In this document: positions 26,911-40,100 of the stretch, in pieces
Layout of the letters: every line of letters starts with the position of its first letter
How positions within the stretch are numbered: the first letter of the stretch is position 1
Source: Psilocybe cubensis
Taxonomy: Eukaryota
NCBI GenBank assembly: GCA_017499595.2
Contig: CM039001.1
Span: 2,108,001-2,172,000 of the forward strand
Direction of reading: 5' to 3'
Length of the DNA stretch: 64,000 nt
Made by a program: the position numbers and the translations under genes
The notes under the pieces: generated by a model
Told to the model about the DNA's origin: nothing
The model's database searches: none
What the model saw: only the letters and a program-made list of their open reading frames with translations

Positions 26911-27494
26911 TATTTCCCTCTCACTATTCCTTCTTTATTGACCCAACTATCCACAAGCTAAACCTAAATCGTCCCACATTAACGTCTACATACAGCAAGA
27001 AACCCTCGGTGGTCATTTATATACAGTGGCACGATACATTTACATTCATGTTTGTTCAGTATTTTGTTTTGTACCATTTTCTAGCATCTTATCCCCCATT
27101 TCATTGCCTGTAAATACCTACGTAGGATTCATTCGTTTATCTACAACTTCCCTTCGATCTACCATTTGACAGATACGACTTGAATTTTTATTTAATTGCG
27201 GCCAGCATGCTTGCTCAAAATAAAAATTTGAAGACATTGGCCATCGGAAATAGAATTATTAATATAAAAACAATTAAATATAATATTAATAATCAATGAG
27301 TAAATTTGTAAATCTAAAATGATTGTTTATTTGTGTTTATAATGATTATCTAATCAAGTGCTTAGGCCTTAGGTCTTACACGGAATTGACACGTCTCAAA
27401 GTGTCGACTGCTAGAACTCAAAGCGAATCTTGACATTATTATACTATTATACTGATAGCAGACAAGCATCTTGACCTCATCCTAGTGGCACAAC

Positions 27495-27923
27495 ATGCTA
27501 AAATCCATTACCATTCTCCCTCTTTTCTTTCTACTGAGTCTTCAATTAGTCTCAGCTCAGTTCAACTTCTTCGAAAACATGTGGGGTCAACAGCAGCAAC
27601 ACCAACAACACCAACAACGAGCAGGGTCGTCTCAATGGGCAGCTTATGCAGATAGTGGTACGGGAAGAATTCCGGAATGATCAATACAACACTAATTTCT
27701 GCAATTGCTAGTTTCTTGTTCACAATATCTTTGCCCGGATACTTTAGACTGTGTCGTCAGACCATCGGATTGCCCGTGTCCCAACGCGGAAGACGTAAAA
27801 TGTGTCGTTCCGGACATGGAAGGGTCTCTGTATGATGCAACGGTCATCTGTACACGAGGACAAGATGGTTGTGCAGAGGTGGAGAAGCTCTTGAAGAAAG
27901 GCTCTAAACCGAAGAAGAAGTAG
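27495..27923 (+). CDS. LCL2: Long chronological lifespan protein 2 (Lcl2)-like small secreted/ER protein, 2 exons
   Basis: Signal peptide, [37 protein letters not shown] Cys pattern; intron about 27658-27711. Confidence 0.82.
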
Positions 27924-28605
27924 ATCTTGAATGGAGAACTTCAATGCTATTAATGGCTGTGAAAATAAGATCTGATTATTATACTTACAGAATCTACTTA
28001 ACCGAAGTGCGCACCGCAAAGCTGCAGAGAGGCGTCCATTGTTGCATGTTGCACACCATTACGTGGTCCCATGAATTTATGGATCAAATGTCTATTCATT
28101 GGGCAGTGTGATTGCCATCCTCCTGATTATACACCTCTTGGCTTTTACAATCTCACATGGCTTTCCCAGGCAGATCGTGAGGCAACGGCAAAGAATGCCA
28201 TGAAGACGGCCCGATGCTCACCTTGGTCGTCTGCTTCCCAGAATGTCCTTTTTGCTCAGGCTGAGGTTTACCGTCATATTGATGCTTTTCCTATTTTTTT
28301 TTGACATCCAGCCCACTGCATTTTTTACTTACCGTTAGCAATCCGATTACTTAAAAGGCTTTTAATTAACCTTGATTTTCCAGATATGCATTGGAGGTTT
28401 GTTGTAAGCTGACGGTCTAATTTTAGGCATTACGTATGGCGGGACCTCCGGCAAACTGTGTGTGCGTACTCCCTCTTTTCTTATTAGAATTCACATTATG
28501 TCATGCTATTCTCAGACTTAAGTATCCCATCTGATACTATCCTCGTCTTTATAAACACAAAGGTGTGAACTCACTGGCGAGTAAGGTCCTCAATTTCGCA
28601 TAACA

Positions 28606-29566
28606 ATGCTCTTCACCTTAGTATCTGCGGCTTTGTTGCTTCCCTGGTGCTTTGGTCAAACATCTACCCCCGACTTAAACAATGTAACAACAGCATTTTC
28701 TTCGGCCCACATCGTACCGGATGTTGTACAGTCCTTCAATCCTATGGATGGCGTAAACATTTCTTTTACAGACCCTGTCTCTGCACAAACAGTAGACGTC
28801 GTACCGGGGATCTTGTTGACAATGCAACGTATGAATAATGGCCTTGCAAAATCTGGCAATACTTGATCTATTTTATTTTTTAATCAGAAACCTCTATGCC
28901 TCCGGACCTCACATTGGTTACTACAACATCTGACTCCAATAGCAGTGCCATGTTTGTTGTGGTTATTGTGGACCCCGATGCGCCTACTCCCCAGAATCCC
29001 AACGTATCAGAATTTCTTCATTTCCTGGGAGGAGATTTCACTGCCGGTTCTACATCCGGTCTTTTATCTAACAATTCACCAGCACTCGCGGAGTTCTTCC
29101 CCCCTACCCCTCCCGTTGGATCTGACCCACATAGGTTAGTGATACCTCTGAACCTTGCAATCATTTATTTACATTCGATAGATATGTGCTCCTCGTTTTT
29201 GATCAGCCCGACAGTTTTGACGTGAATGGGCCAACGTTAGTCAATGCCACAACCCCCAGGACAAATTTCAGTATCTCCGACTTTGCTCAAGCAATCAATC
29301 TGGGAGATGCCATTGCTGGTAACTTTTTCCTTGTTGGTCCCATGAACGCATCAGCGTCAGCGACACCTTCAGCTCCACCATCTACTCCTTCGATACCCTT
29401 GGCAAGTTCGCCTACTTCCGGAGACACTTTGGCGTCGCCCACACCTACATCGAGTGCCACATCGCCAAACACATCTCCTTCTTCGAAGGCTATGAAAGCA
29501 AGATCCGCCATTTCACCATTTACCGCCGCCATCGTTGGGGTGGCTGCATTAGTATTTCAATTGTGA
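28606..29566 (+). CDS. Secreted, probably GPI-anchored PEBP (phosphatidylethanolamine-binding) family protein, 3 exons
   Basis: Signal peptide; IVDPDAPTPQNP, FLHFLG, PPTPPVGSDPHRYVLLVF; S/T/P stalk and hydrophobic C-terminus AAIVGVAALVFQL. Confidence 0.85.
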
Positions 29567-29988
29567 TTCGACACTGCTCCGTTACCTCGAAAATTCAATT
29601 TGTACCGTTTCGAGTGTCTGTATAACATGGACATAAAATAACAACGTTGAAAACCACGAATGAGGACTGCAAGACAATGTTTTGTAGTAATTGCATGGGG
29701 CAAAGAAGTTGAACCGTCCCAAACTACTTGTACCTGAGTCCTGCCAATGTGCTCCATGGGTAACAGATACAGGATTCCTTGGGAAAATCATATCATTGTG
29801 TGACTCCTTAGTGAAAGTTGTTCAATCAGCTGAAAAATTATTGTCACCGGTCGGCGGTTAGCAACGGCGTTAATTACCCAATAATTATAGTTAAGTTGAT
29901 AGGTATATGTAGTAAGTGGAGGCAGCTGACAAATATAGACAAGCAACCGTCTCGGTGTTCGTCCAGCCTCAAAAGTGAAACTACCATC

Positions 29989-30469
29989 ATGGCCCTTGCA
30001 CGACCAACAGTAAGATATTCTTCCGACTCAAATTGCAAACGCTATCTGACTTACTCATGAGTAGACCAAACTCCCCCCTGGAGCCAACCGAATCCTCTTT
30101 GTCAAGAATTTGAACTACCAGATCACAGGAGAGGACCTGTACGATTTGTTCGGGCGCTATGGCAGCATCCGTCAAATCCGAATAGGAAATGAACAAAAAA
30201 CTAAAGGCACGGCATTTGTCGTATACGATGATGTTATGGATGTAATTATCACTTGGATCGTCGTTTTCTGCGCGTTACGTCTCATTTCAGGGTTTTAGGC
30301 TAAAAACGCGCTCGACCATCTGAATGGTTTCCACTTACAAGAACGGTATATCGTTGTGTTGTATCATATGCCTGCGAAGCAAGATGCTGCAGCTGCAAAA
30401 GCTGATCTTGCCAGGAGAGAGGAAGAGCTTGCTCAATTGAAGAAAAAGCACGATATTGGGGATGCTTAA
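29989..30469 (+). CDS. SF3B6: U2 snRNP SF3b p14 (SF3B6/SF3B14a) branch-site RRM protein, 3 exons
   Basis: [25 protein letters not shown]...[14 protein letters not shown]...[34 protein letters not shown]; stop TAA 30467-30469. Confidence 0.95.
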
Positions 30470-30686
30470 AGGTAAGCTGTTCGATGTTGTGTTTATATAC
30501 AACAATTCTCTCATAGACTACAGTTCGGGACTCACAGACTTTTCTTCTACTGTACAACAACACTGATGCTCCTGGTACTCCCAGTCTATATATTCTGTTA
30601 TTAATTTCATCGCGGATGTTACTTTTACTATGAGTCTCATTCTTCTTCTGCTCCAGGCGTTCTGGTTTCGCGTTTTGTCGACCCCA

Positions 30687-31180
30687 TCAAGCCTTCCCGC
30701 TGCATGCAGGACATTCCTTATCGATATGTGGGGAGTATTGTTGTGGATATTGCCGACTGGTATGTAATTAGATCTGGCGTACAATAATTGTTTAAATGAC
30801 ATACTATTGCCAACATGTCTGAGTGCAACGTGGAGGCACGCAGTCCTTTGGATGTGCGGGACTGAATTTGCAATTGACAAGATTGCATTTTATCTTCGGG
30901 AAATTTAGAGTTTGGCAATCACTGTTCACGCGATTGACGTACCTCTTCATCGGGCTGTACAATAATTCGATATGAGCGAAGAACGATAGTTCATGGGTTC
31001 CAGTCTTACCATTGTGACCCCATGGTTGCATCTAGACGAGCAGACATAAATTATAGGGCAAGGTTGATGCTTTCATAGAATCACTGACTTTGTGTAGACA
31101 TTACGGACTCTGGTTCCGTAAAGGTTGGTAAAGTAAATAGTTTTAAATAATTCGTCTACTCACCTTCGCCAATAGCACAT
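30687..31180 (-). CDS. 76-aa Cys/His-rich microprotein encoded by six exons (not recovered by the ORF track)
   Basis: Exons 31180-31164, 31109-31089, 31031-31010, 30954-30943, 30893-30805, 30756-30687 (17+21+22+12+89+70=231 nt); five GT-AG introns of 48-57 nt; MCYWRRVRNVYTKCNHGVTMPDEEIKCNLVNCKFSPAHPKDCVPPRCTQTCWQYRQYPQQYSPHIDKECPACSGKA*. Confidence 0.88.
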
Positions 31181-31228
31181 GATGATAATAGAAGTGGGGG
31201 ATGAAGAGCTGAGGGAAAACATCAATCA

Positions 31229-31235
31229 TTTTATA
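31229..31235 (-). promoter_or_regulatory. Putative TATA box of the Cys-rich microprotein gene
   Basis: TATAAAA on the minus strand about 50 nt upstream of ATG 31180. Confidence 0.45.
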
Positions 31236-32189
31236 GGTAACAGGGAGAACCAGGATCTCACTTCTGCTCAACCGCCGCATGCAGTTTGAAATTTCGGAGT
31301 GGTGTCTACCCGCGATCTCGTACAAAGCTGTTAACTACCTCTGAATCTTGTTCTTTTGAGATCTCACTATGCCTCATGCAACTCTGTTTAGGTTTGGTCC
31401 CGTCCTGGCATATAGTCGGGGGAATTGAAGGCTAATCCCTAAGTTCAACCCTCCCAGAGCTCGCTAGTAAAAACACTTGTTCTGTTCAAAAGGAGTGTTA
31501 CGACATTGTGTGTGCACCCCCCACAGATATATTGACGTAAGGCTGAAGCTATTAACCCGCCACGCGCATCTCTATGGTGAATGCGATCGAAAATCTCGCA
31601 TACACATCTAGGCTCACCAAGGAAGGCACGTCGCTTACCGATCTGTGTCTCTCTGCCTTTGTTTGAGCTTTGCAGTCCATTTTAAAAGCCTATAGACTGT
31701 ACCTGGCGTAACTGGTAGTTATAGGAGCCAACTGCCCGGCAGTCTCTGGCAGCCTTCATCTGCCTTGATTACTACTCTGATTTCCAATAATATCAAAAGA
31801 TATTATTGTCTGTACATATCTGCAACAGGAGATTGAGGTCCAGAACGCTCCTTCAGAGTCCGTCTCAAACCATCTGCATCTCATAGTTCGGTTATGAGGA
31901 AACAACAGGCATCGGCGCAGTATGCCTTTGCGCTTTTCATGGTTCCGGTTTAGTTGGGCCGGAAGTATATCTAGACTGAACATCGTTGCCCCTCGGCAAT
32001 ACCGAAGTTTTCATAATGCTTGGACGTTACTTTGCCGCTTACCTGCTTACTTCTTCCAGTTGAAGTCAATCGGAAAATCTAACATCTGGAATACATCTAC
32101 CGTTCTTGGCATACGCGAAAATTAACACTTGATCAGTACAGGTGCTAATCCGGTGTAATAGCATATATAATTGGGTGCAGAGAATGAAA

Positions 32190-33140
32190 TCAGACATAAA
32201 TTCATTAAAACACATCATCGCACATGTAAGGACATCGAGTAGAGATTAAAGCTGATGAAAATTCAAGGCCCTTATAGATAAATGGCAGCCTTCCTAAAAA
32301 GCAGCGACGTCCATAATACGCAGGTTTTGTCTATTCTTCCGTCGGCCCTTTAACTTCCAACCTCGACTCCTCAATAGTGCCAGGGCGAACTGGCCCAAAA
32401 TTCTTAAAAGCTGCCAAACAACCGTTTATTTGCAATAGGGTCGGCTGATTTCGAGGAGTTACCTGGAGATACCCGTATGCTATAGCTGCTACTTAGATCC
32501 AAAATGCCTAAATGTTGGCGACAAGTTACAGCGAGGCGCTCATCGGACTCCATCGGCTTGCGCAGCCTACAGGCTACCATACAGGATCGACGACTTGTAC
32601 CGTGGTCCGTTAAACGGATTTGAATCTATCTGAATCTGAACTCACTTTTGGCGATCGTGATCATAGTTTGCCATGCGTTGATAACGTGAGAGGGTACTAC
32701 TTCCGCGTGTGCCAAGGGTCTACCTAGGTCTTCCTCGAGCTTCCTCCAGCTTCATCCACGAGCCTCCGTGACAAACGTACCTTACATGGGAAGTTGACAA
32801 GAACTTACAGAGCCCCAGGAGGTCTAGTCTAGAGTTTGGATTCAACAGCCAATGTCACATGATGAACATAGAACACACGAGGCCATCCCGTTCTTCTGAA
32901 AGCAATTTTTGTCATTAGTACTCTCTAAGTGAAAACAGCCAGCGAATATGCCAAACACACGGGCCACCTAAAAAAAGAAAACACACTATCAGAAAAGCAA
33001 AATAGTTATTGACGTCGCGCGAACCTCACGTGGGAGATAGACTTCCAGGGAAAAGGCTAAATATTGATATTGTATATAAAACCTACCTCAAGGCCACTAA
33101 GTACCGAAAAGATATTAAGGGGAAGGGGGAATCACGCGTC
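32190..33140 (-). other. Probable multiply spliced transcript without a convincing ORF (lncRNA or unresolved micro-exon gene)
   Basis: Minus-strand donors GTAGGT 33086, GTAAGT 32808, GTACGT 32780, GTGAGT 32645, GTAACT 32462; acceptors at 32968, 32896 (branch TACTAAT) and 32411; upstream CCAATGACGCGTGA then a pyrimidine tract. Confidence 0.35.
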
Positions 33141-33422
33141 ATTGGCGAGTGTTTGGTAAAACGTGTCAATAGTAGACTGCCTCGGAATCACAGAACACCA
33201 AAGAAGGAGAAAACTAGAAAAAGGCGTGGATCCAATGTTTGTCTTCTAGTTCAAGTTGTGTCAAAGTTGTTTCGGATATAGTGTCAAGATATCAAGATTT
33301 GAGCAAAGGAGTCAACTTTTACATCCTAAAACAATGGCTTAATAACTGCAGAATTAATAGAATACACGAAGTGGTATCGCAGTCCTGTTCAGTAAGAATA
33401 GGTCATGCCTATCGAGTATAAA

Positions 33423-35059
<1,637 letters not shown>

Positions 35060-35152
35060 TTTTGAGTGGTGGTGGTTGAAAGAAGATCGGAGTTTAAATA
35101 TGAGAGTTGGTTGTCTCCCTCACCAGTCCTACTTAACCTTCCAGACTCGACT
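35060..35152. promoter_or_regulatory. 93-bp bidirectional promoter between eIF4A-III and Prp9
   Basis: Divergent ATGs at 35059 (-) and 35153 (+); central tttaaata with a pyrimidine-rich leader facing each gene. Confidence 0.7.
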
Positions 35153-37049
35153 ATGGACTCCATCATTGAAAACCAACGCCAAACTCATGAAGAAGTTGAA
35201 CGTTTAGAAACTGCCCTCTATACCTTACTCTCGCGCCCTAGCCCTACCCATGAACGCACTCTCCAGAAAGAGCACAAGGCCTCACAGATGCTTGACCGCA
35301 TCGCCGCCAAGTTCACAGACTTAAACAATTCCTATCAGGATGACGACGCAAGGAAAGCTGAGCTTAACGCACTATCCGCTCCCTCTCAGCAAAACGATCT
35401 GTCAGAGTTTTACTCGCGGTTGGTAAAAATCCAAGAACACTACAACAAATACCCTGATGCTATGCCAGTTGGCTTCGACCTTGAGATTGCTGCATTCCTC
35501 GATGAACCTGGTCAGGAAGGTGAAGAGGACTATGAAGAAGAAGATCGTACGTCATTGTTTCTCTGGTCTAGAGCTACTGAAATTTTATTTCTCTATGTCT
35601 GGATAGCTATTGCCTTGCTATTTTCGGGCGAAGAAGGGTACGGGAAATACCTTGACTTGTATGCAAACCATACTGCGTACAACAACCTCAAAAATATTGG
35701 AAAAAGGCCTGGGTATTTGCAGTATCTAGACCTCTTATTGGCTGCTCAAAATGGGCCTGTTCATTCCGAACTTCCTAAAGAAACACGGTGCACCAGAGAC
35801 TTCGAAACGTGGGTTTATTGTATTTGTTAAACCTTATATCAAATTCACCGATAATGGGATGCCAGGTATATCAAAAATTTACATAGCTATCTTTTATCTT
35901 TCACCAAAAGGACGCAGCCGCTCGTCGACATCGATACTCGGCAACGCGATGCTGCGTCAGAATTTGACCAGAAGTGGGAGGAACATGAAATACCAGGCTG
36001 GGAAGTTGCTTCTGAGTCCAAGTCCCTGACAAACGGCAACGAAAATACAGGAATATGGTGCAGCGCGTGTACGAGTATTTCGTGTTGGTTGTCGTTCCAT
36101 TTCCTTAACTTTGTTTCGCAGGCCAAAAGCATTACTCGAAGCAAACTGTTTATGATGCACATCTGAGCTCGAAAAAACACATAAAGGCTGTTGCTAAACA
36201 AGCATCTTCAGGAGAGCGTCCCTCGAACCCGAATGGGTCCACACAATCTGCACACACCCATAACACATCACAGTCGTCCTCCAAGCTTCGCATCCGAAAC
36301 TCGGCGTATTACACGCACCTCGCTACTGACCTCCTCGTGTCACTGGTTTCAATATTAAATGAAACAAAGTCCAACGTGGAACGTCGCTTCTCACTTACGG
36401 CTAGGGAACGCGAGCAAGAACTTTTGGAACAAGCTAAACCTGCACCTCCACCACCCAAATCCTCTGCCGATGCCGCCGCCGAGGAAGAAGAAGAAGAAGA
36501 GAGAATATATAATCCACTCAAGCTTCCCCTAGGTTGGGATGGCAAACCAATCCCTTATTGGTTATACAAGTTGCATGGCCTAGGGGTCGAATACCGCTGT
36601 GAAATCTGTTCTGATCATGTCTACATGGGCAGGTGGGCTTAATACGTTTCTGCTCCAATGATGACAAACTAAATTGGAACTGTAGGAAAAACTTCGACCG
36701 ACATTTCCAAGTAAGTACTCCGGCTGTCTGCTCCCGTTTCATAAATCATCCGGACTGTTTAAATCTAGGAATCACGGCATGCTTTTGGAATGCGAGCGCT
36801 TGGTCTTCCGAATACTAAACATTTTCACGAGATCACGCGCATCGAAGATGCACTTGCTTGTATGTCGTTTTATGCCAATGAAAAAGCTGTCTCCCCTGCT
36901 GACTCGGCATATTAGTGGCTGAAAAGCTGAAACAGGAAGGGAGACATGAGATTTTTGAACAGGAAACAATGGAAGAACTGGAAGACGATGAAGGAAACGT
37001 GTACAACCGCAAAACATATGATGATCTTAAAAAGCAAGGACTGATTTGA
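35153..37049 (+). CDS. PRP9: Splicing factor SF3a60 / Prp9
   Basis: [114 protein letters not shown]. Confidence 0.97.
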
Positions 37050-37120
37050 TTTTATTGTTACTTGTACTTTGATGATAAATCATCTGTCTGTACTTTTTGA
37101 GAACAGTTCATTGTTCTCCG

Positions 37121-40100
37121 TCATGTTTCTTGTCCGTTTGGATTCGATGGCCGAGTTGGTGGTGGTGGTGGTGGCGGCCTCCGCATGGATGTCTGGACTG
37201 GGGTGATAGGAGTATGCAGCGCAAGTGCATGCGAATAAAGTTCTTCATCAGAAGACGACGGGGAAGAAGAGAGAGGAGATATGGTTGGAGAATCAAAAGG
37301 GTTGTTCCTTCGATATAGGTCTAATTTTTGGAGTTCCGATATTGGGATAACGCCTCCTGGACAATCTGAACGGTTTTAAGCATCACAATGATGTAAGATA
37401 AGGATCGATCTCTTTATACCTGGATTGTTCCACCAAGCCTTCTCTTCTGTACTGGGCGGTGGTACTGGTTTGTAAACACAGATATCAGCAAAATTGATCC
37501 CCAAGGGACCACGAACACGCACATTCTTCCGTATCCATCGGCAGTGCGAGTCTCGCAAGCTTTTGATCCAAATTCTCTCCGGGGTGTTGTGTCGATGAGA
37601 TGCCTTCAAAAAGTATGCGCGACAGATTGGCCTTCTTCACAGGATCGACGATGCGCACTTCAGCTCTATAGATAGCAAAAACTAACGCAACTCCATGAAT
37701 AAAGGAGAAAAGCTAAACCGCATGCACCAAAAGTCTTTGGCTCACCTGGTTTGTGGTCAGATCCTCGTAGCTCAGCCCTAGAATAAACGGCAAGGTCAAA
37801 AGCATTTCCGCGGTGTAATATGCGGTCTATGAAATATCAGAGACCTATTGTTGACAAAAACCCTGACGACTCACCTGTCCACGCAGGAATTCTCATCTTT
37901 TCGCTAGTGTCGTAATTATCAGTTCCCAGGTCATAACGGTAAGTGGGCCGGAAAAGTAATGGCCCTTCTTCGTATCCATAAAATACATCGCGGTTGTCCA
38001 TTGCATTCCGGAGCTAACAGACGGAGATAAATAAATATACATCAGATAGGTGGTCAAGATGAAAAAAATGACCTGATCGGCAGCCAAAAGAGGGTCAAAG
38101 TCATCGTGTTCAGCTAGCGAGCGGACCGTGGCATTATCAAGATCAATACGGTAGTTTGTGTCAGCCAGCCAGATCACATTTCTAGTTGAGTAGTTAGTCA
38201 ATACGATACCTAATGTGATTGGCATTCCTTACTCGTGGCTTTGGATGGTCTTTCCCTTCTGGAAATGCAAGCCGTTAACTATGGTTCGATAGTCTGCATT
38301 CCTTTCTTCGACATTGGAGTGGCCGGCAGCAAGATGTGCCGTTAGGAAGCAAAAACTCGTGTCGTAGTAATCCAGCCGTATCCCTACCGCACCCTTGTTC
38401 CCAGACATACCCCGAAGACCTGTCTGATAACGATGTTAAAAAGAAAGTCATGGAATGTACAAGAAGAAAGACCAACCTTTCGTGTTGCTCCTTCCACGTT
38501 TCTTATGACAGCTGTCAGCTCTGATTTGACCAAGATTAACAAGGCCGTTCCGACTAGCTGGAAACCTTGAATATAGACATGCCATTCTGATCAAGTGACT
38601 GAAAATACCTGTTCACTTCTCAGTAGTAGATAATCAGCCTGCTTGTTAGGACGGCGATCAAGGGTATCCATGATTTTGTTCTCCCATATGCGACTGCGTA
38701 CGAAGTCGGTTCAGCTAATCAGAACAATTCTTGACCATGAACCGACCGTTTTTCAGGGTCTGTCTGCACAATCTGTTGCGCAGTCAACGGAACAATTTCT
38801 TGAAATCCGAGGACAAACATGTCAGGTCTACAATTTCTTGAGTATTGAACACATTTGGATTGATGACCACATACTCGTTGGTACCTGTAGTAAATTTAAT
38901 AAATATTTTTCATCAGATTAGTAGTTCACTTACTTTGCCTGGGAAATAACCATGGCAGTAGAGATTCGGAAGGGGGCTTCGAATAGGAGACTGCATTCAA
39001 TTATTGCGATCACCTCAGTTTCTTTTTTAAAAGTACCTTGCCGTTCAAATTCCACGTTCCTATAAAAAAGGTACATTGTCTCGTGGTGGAGTATTCTGAA
39101 GACCTTTAAAATATCAAAGAGCCGAAATATCAAGGAGCCGGCGGCGATGAAGAAGTAAGAAGGCCCACCTTCTTTCAAGAGTGGCTCTAACGTAATCGTG
39201 TATAGGGTCATAGATTGTCACTTGAAGTTGATTGCTGAGGTTCCCCTATGATCCCTATTATCAATTTCTGGTCTAAATGTTCACTTGACAAATAAATACC
39301 AGGAACATATCGATTGCAACTTGTTTCCCTTTATCTTGAAAGTTATTAATGTAGGCCCTTGACACACTTTTTGTGGCATCAGAAAGAACACCTGTCGGAT
39401 ATTTTGATATGCAAACAAACATACGACACCAGACTGTATGATCTTACCAGCAAGAGTACGTTTGCCGCTCCGCGTAAAGCTCGTATTTATGGCGCCAGTT
39501 CCCGCGTAAATTCTTGACAATGCATCCCCATTTTCGGCCCAAAGTTCTCTGTGATGTGTCCAAAGCGTATTGGAGTGCACCCATTCACGGCGAACAAGAA
39601 GTAGATACTGTTCTAGTGTGGTTCGTGAAAGAATGTCCTGAACAAAGTTGGTGCGATCTAGACTGTTTGATAGGTATTTATAAGCGAGAAATTTTGTTGA
39701 GACAAATATTTTCCATACCAGTCTAGGCAATTTGTTCTGAAAACCCCCCTTTGATCGGTCACAAGTTCGTCTGAGGATGCGTCGCACATGGTGAAGCCAA
39801 ACTTGTCAACATTGTCTACAATTGATTCTATGCGTCTTAGTTGCAACGTAAGGCATAGGTATAACGGGATGAGACAGAAAAATGCATACTTGACTTCTCG
39901 GATTACATTATCGTGACCACCGATCCTGACGGCATTGTGGAAATCGAAGTGCGTGATTCCAAGTTCATCCCCGAGAGCTGCACGAGATATTTGTAAATGA
40001 CGAGCATAAGCATTCGTTAAAGAGGCTTCGTTCTCTTTTTGACCAAGTAAATTGACGGCATGAATAGATCCGTACTCTTCCATGAGTTGAAAAAGATGTC

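Noticed and set aside
32842-32886. Minus-strand 14-codon ORF MASCVLCSSCDIGC* as a metallothionein-like peptide
   Set aside because: Very short and largely overlaps a plausible 50-nt intron; TG-rich sequence yields Cys codons by chance
32859-32899. Box C (ATGATGA) and box D (CTGA) pair, with a nearby Sm-like AATTTTTG
   Set aside because: Only about 40 nt between the boxes, no recognisable rRNA guide or snRNA core; the motifs coincide with minus-strand splice signals
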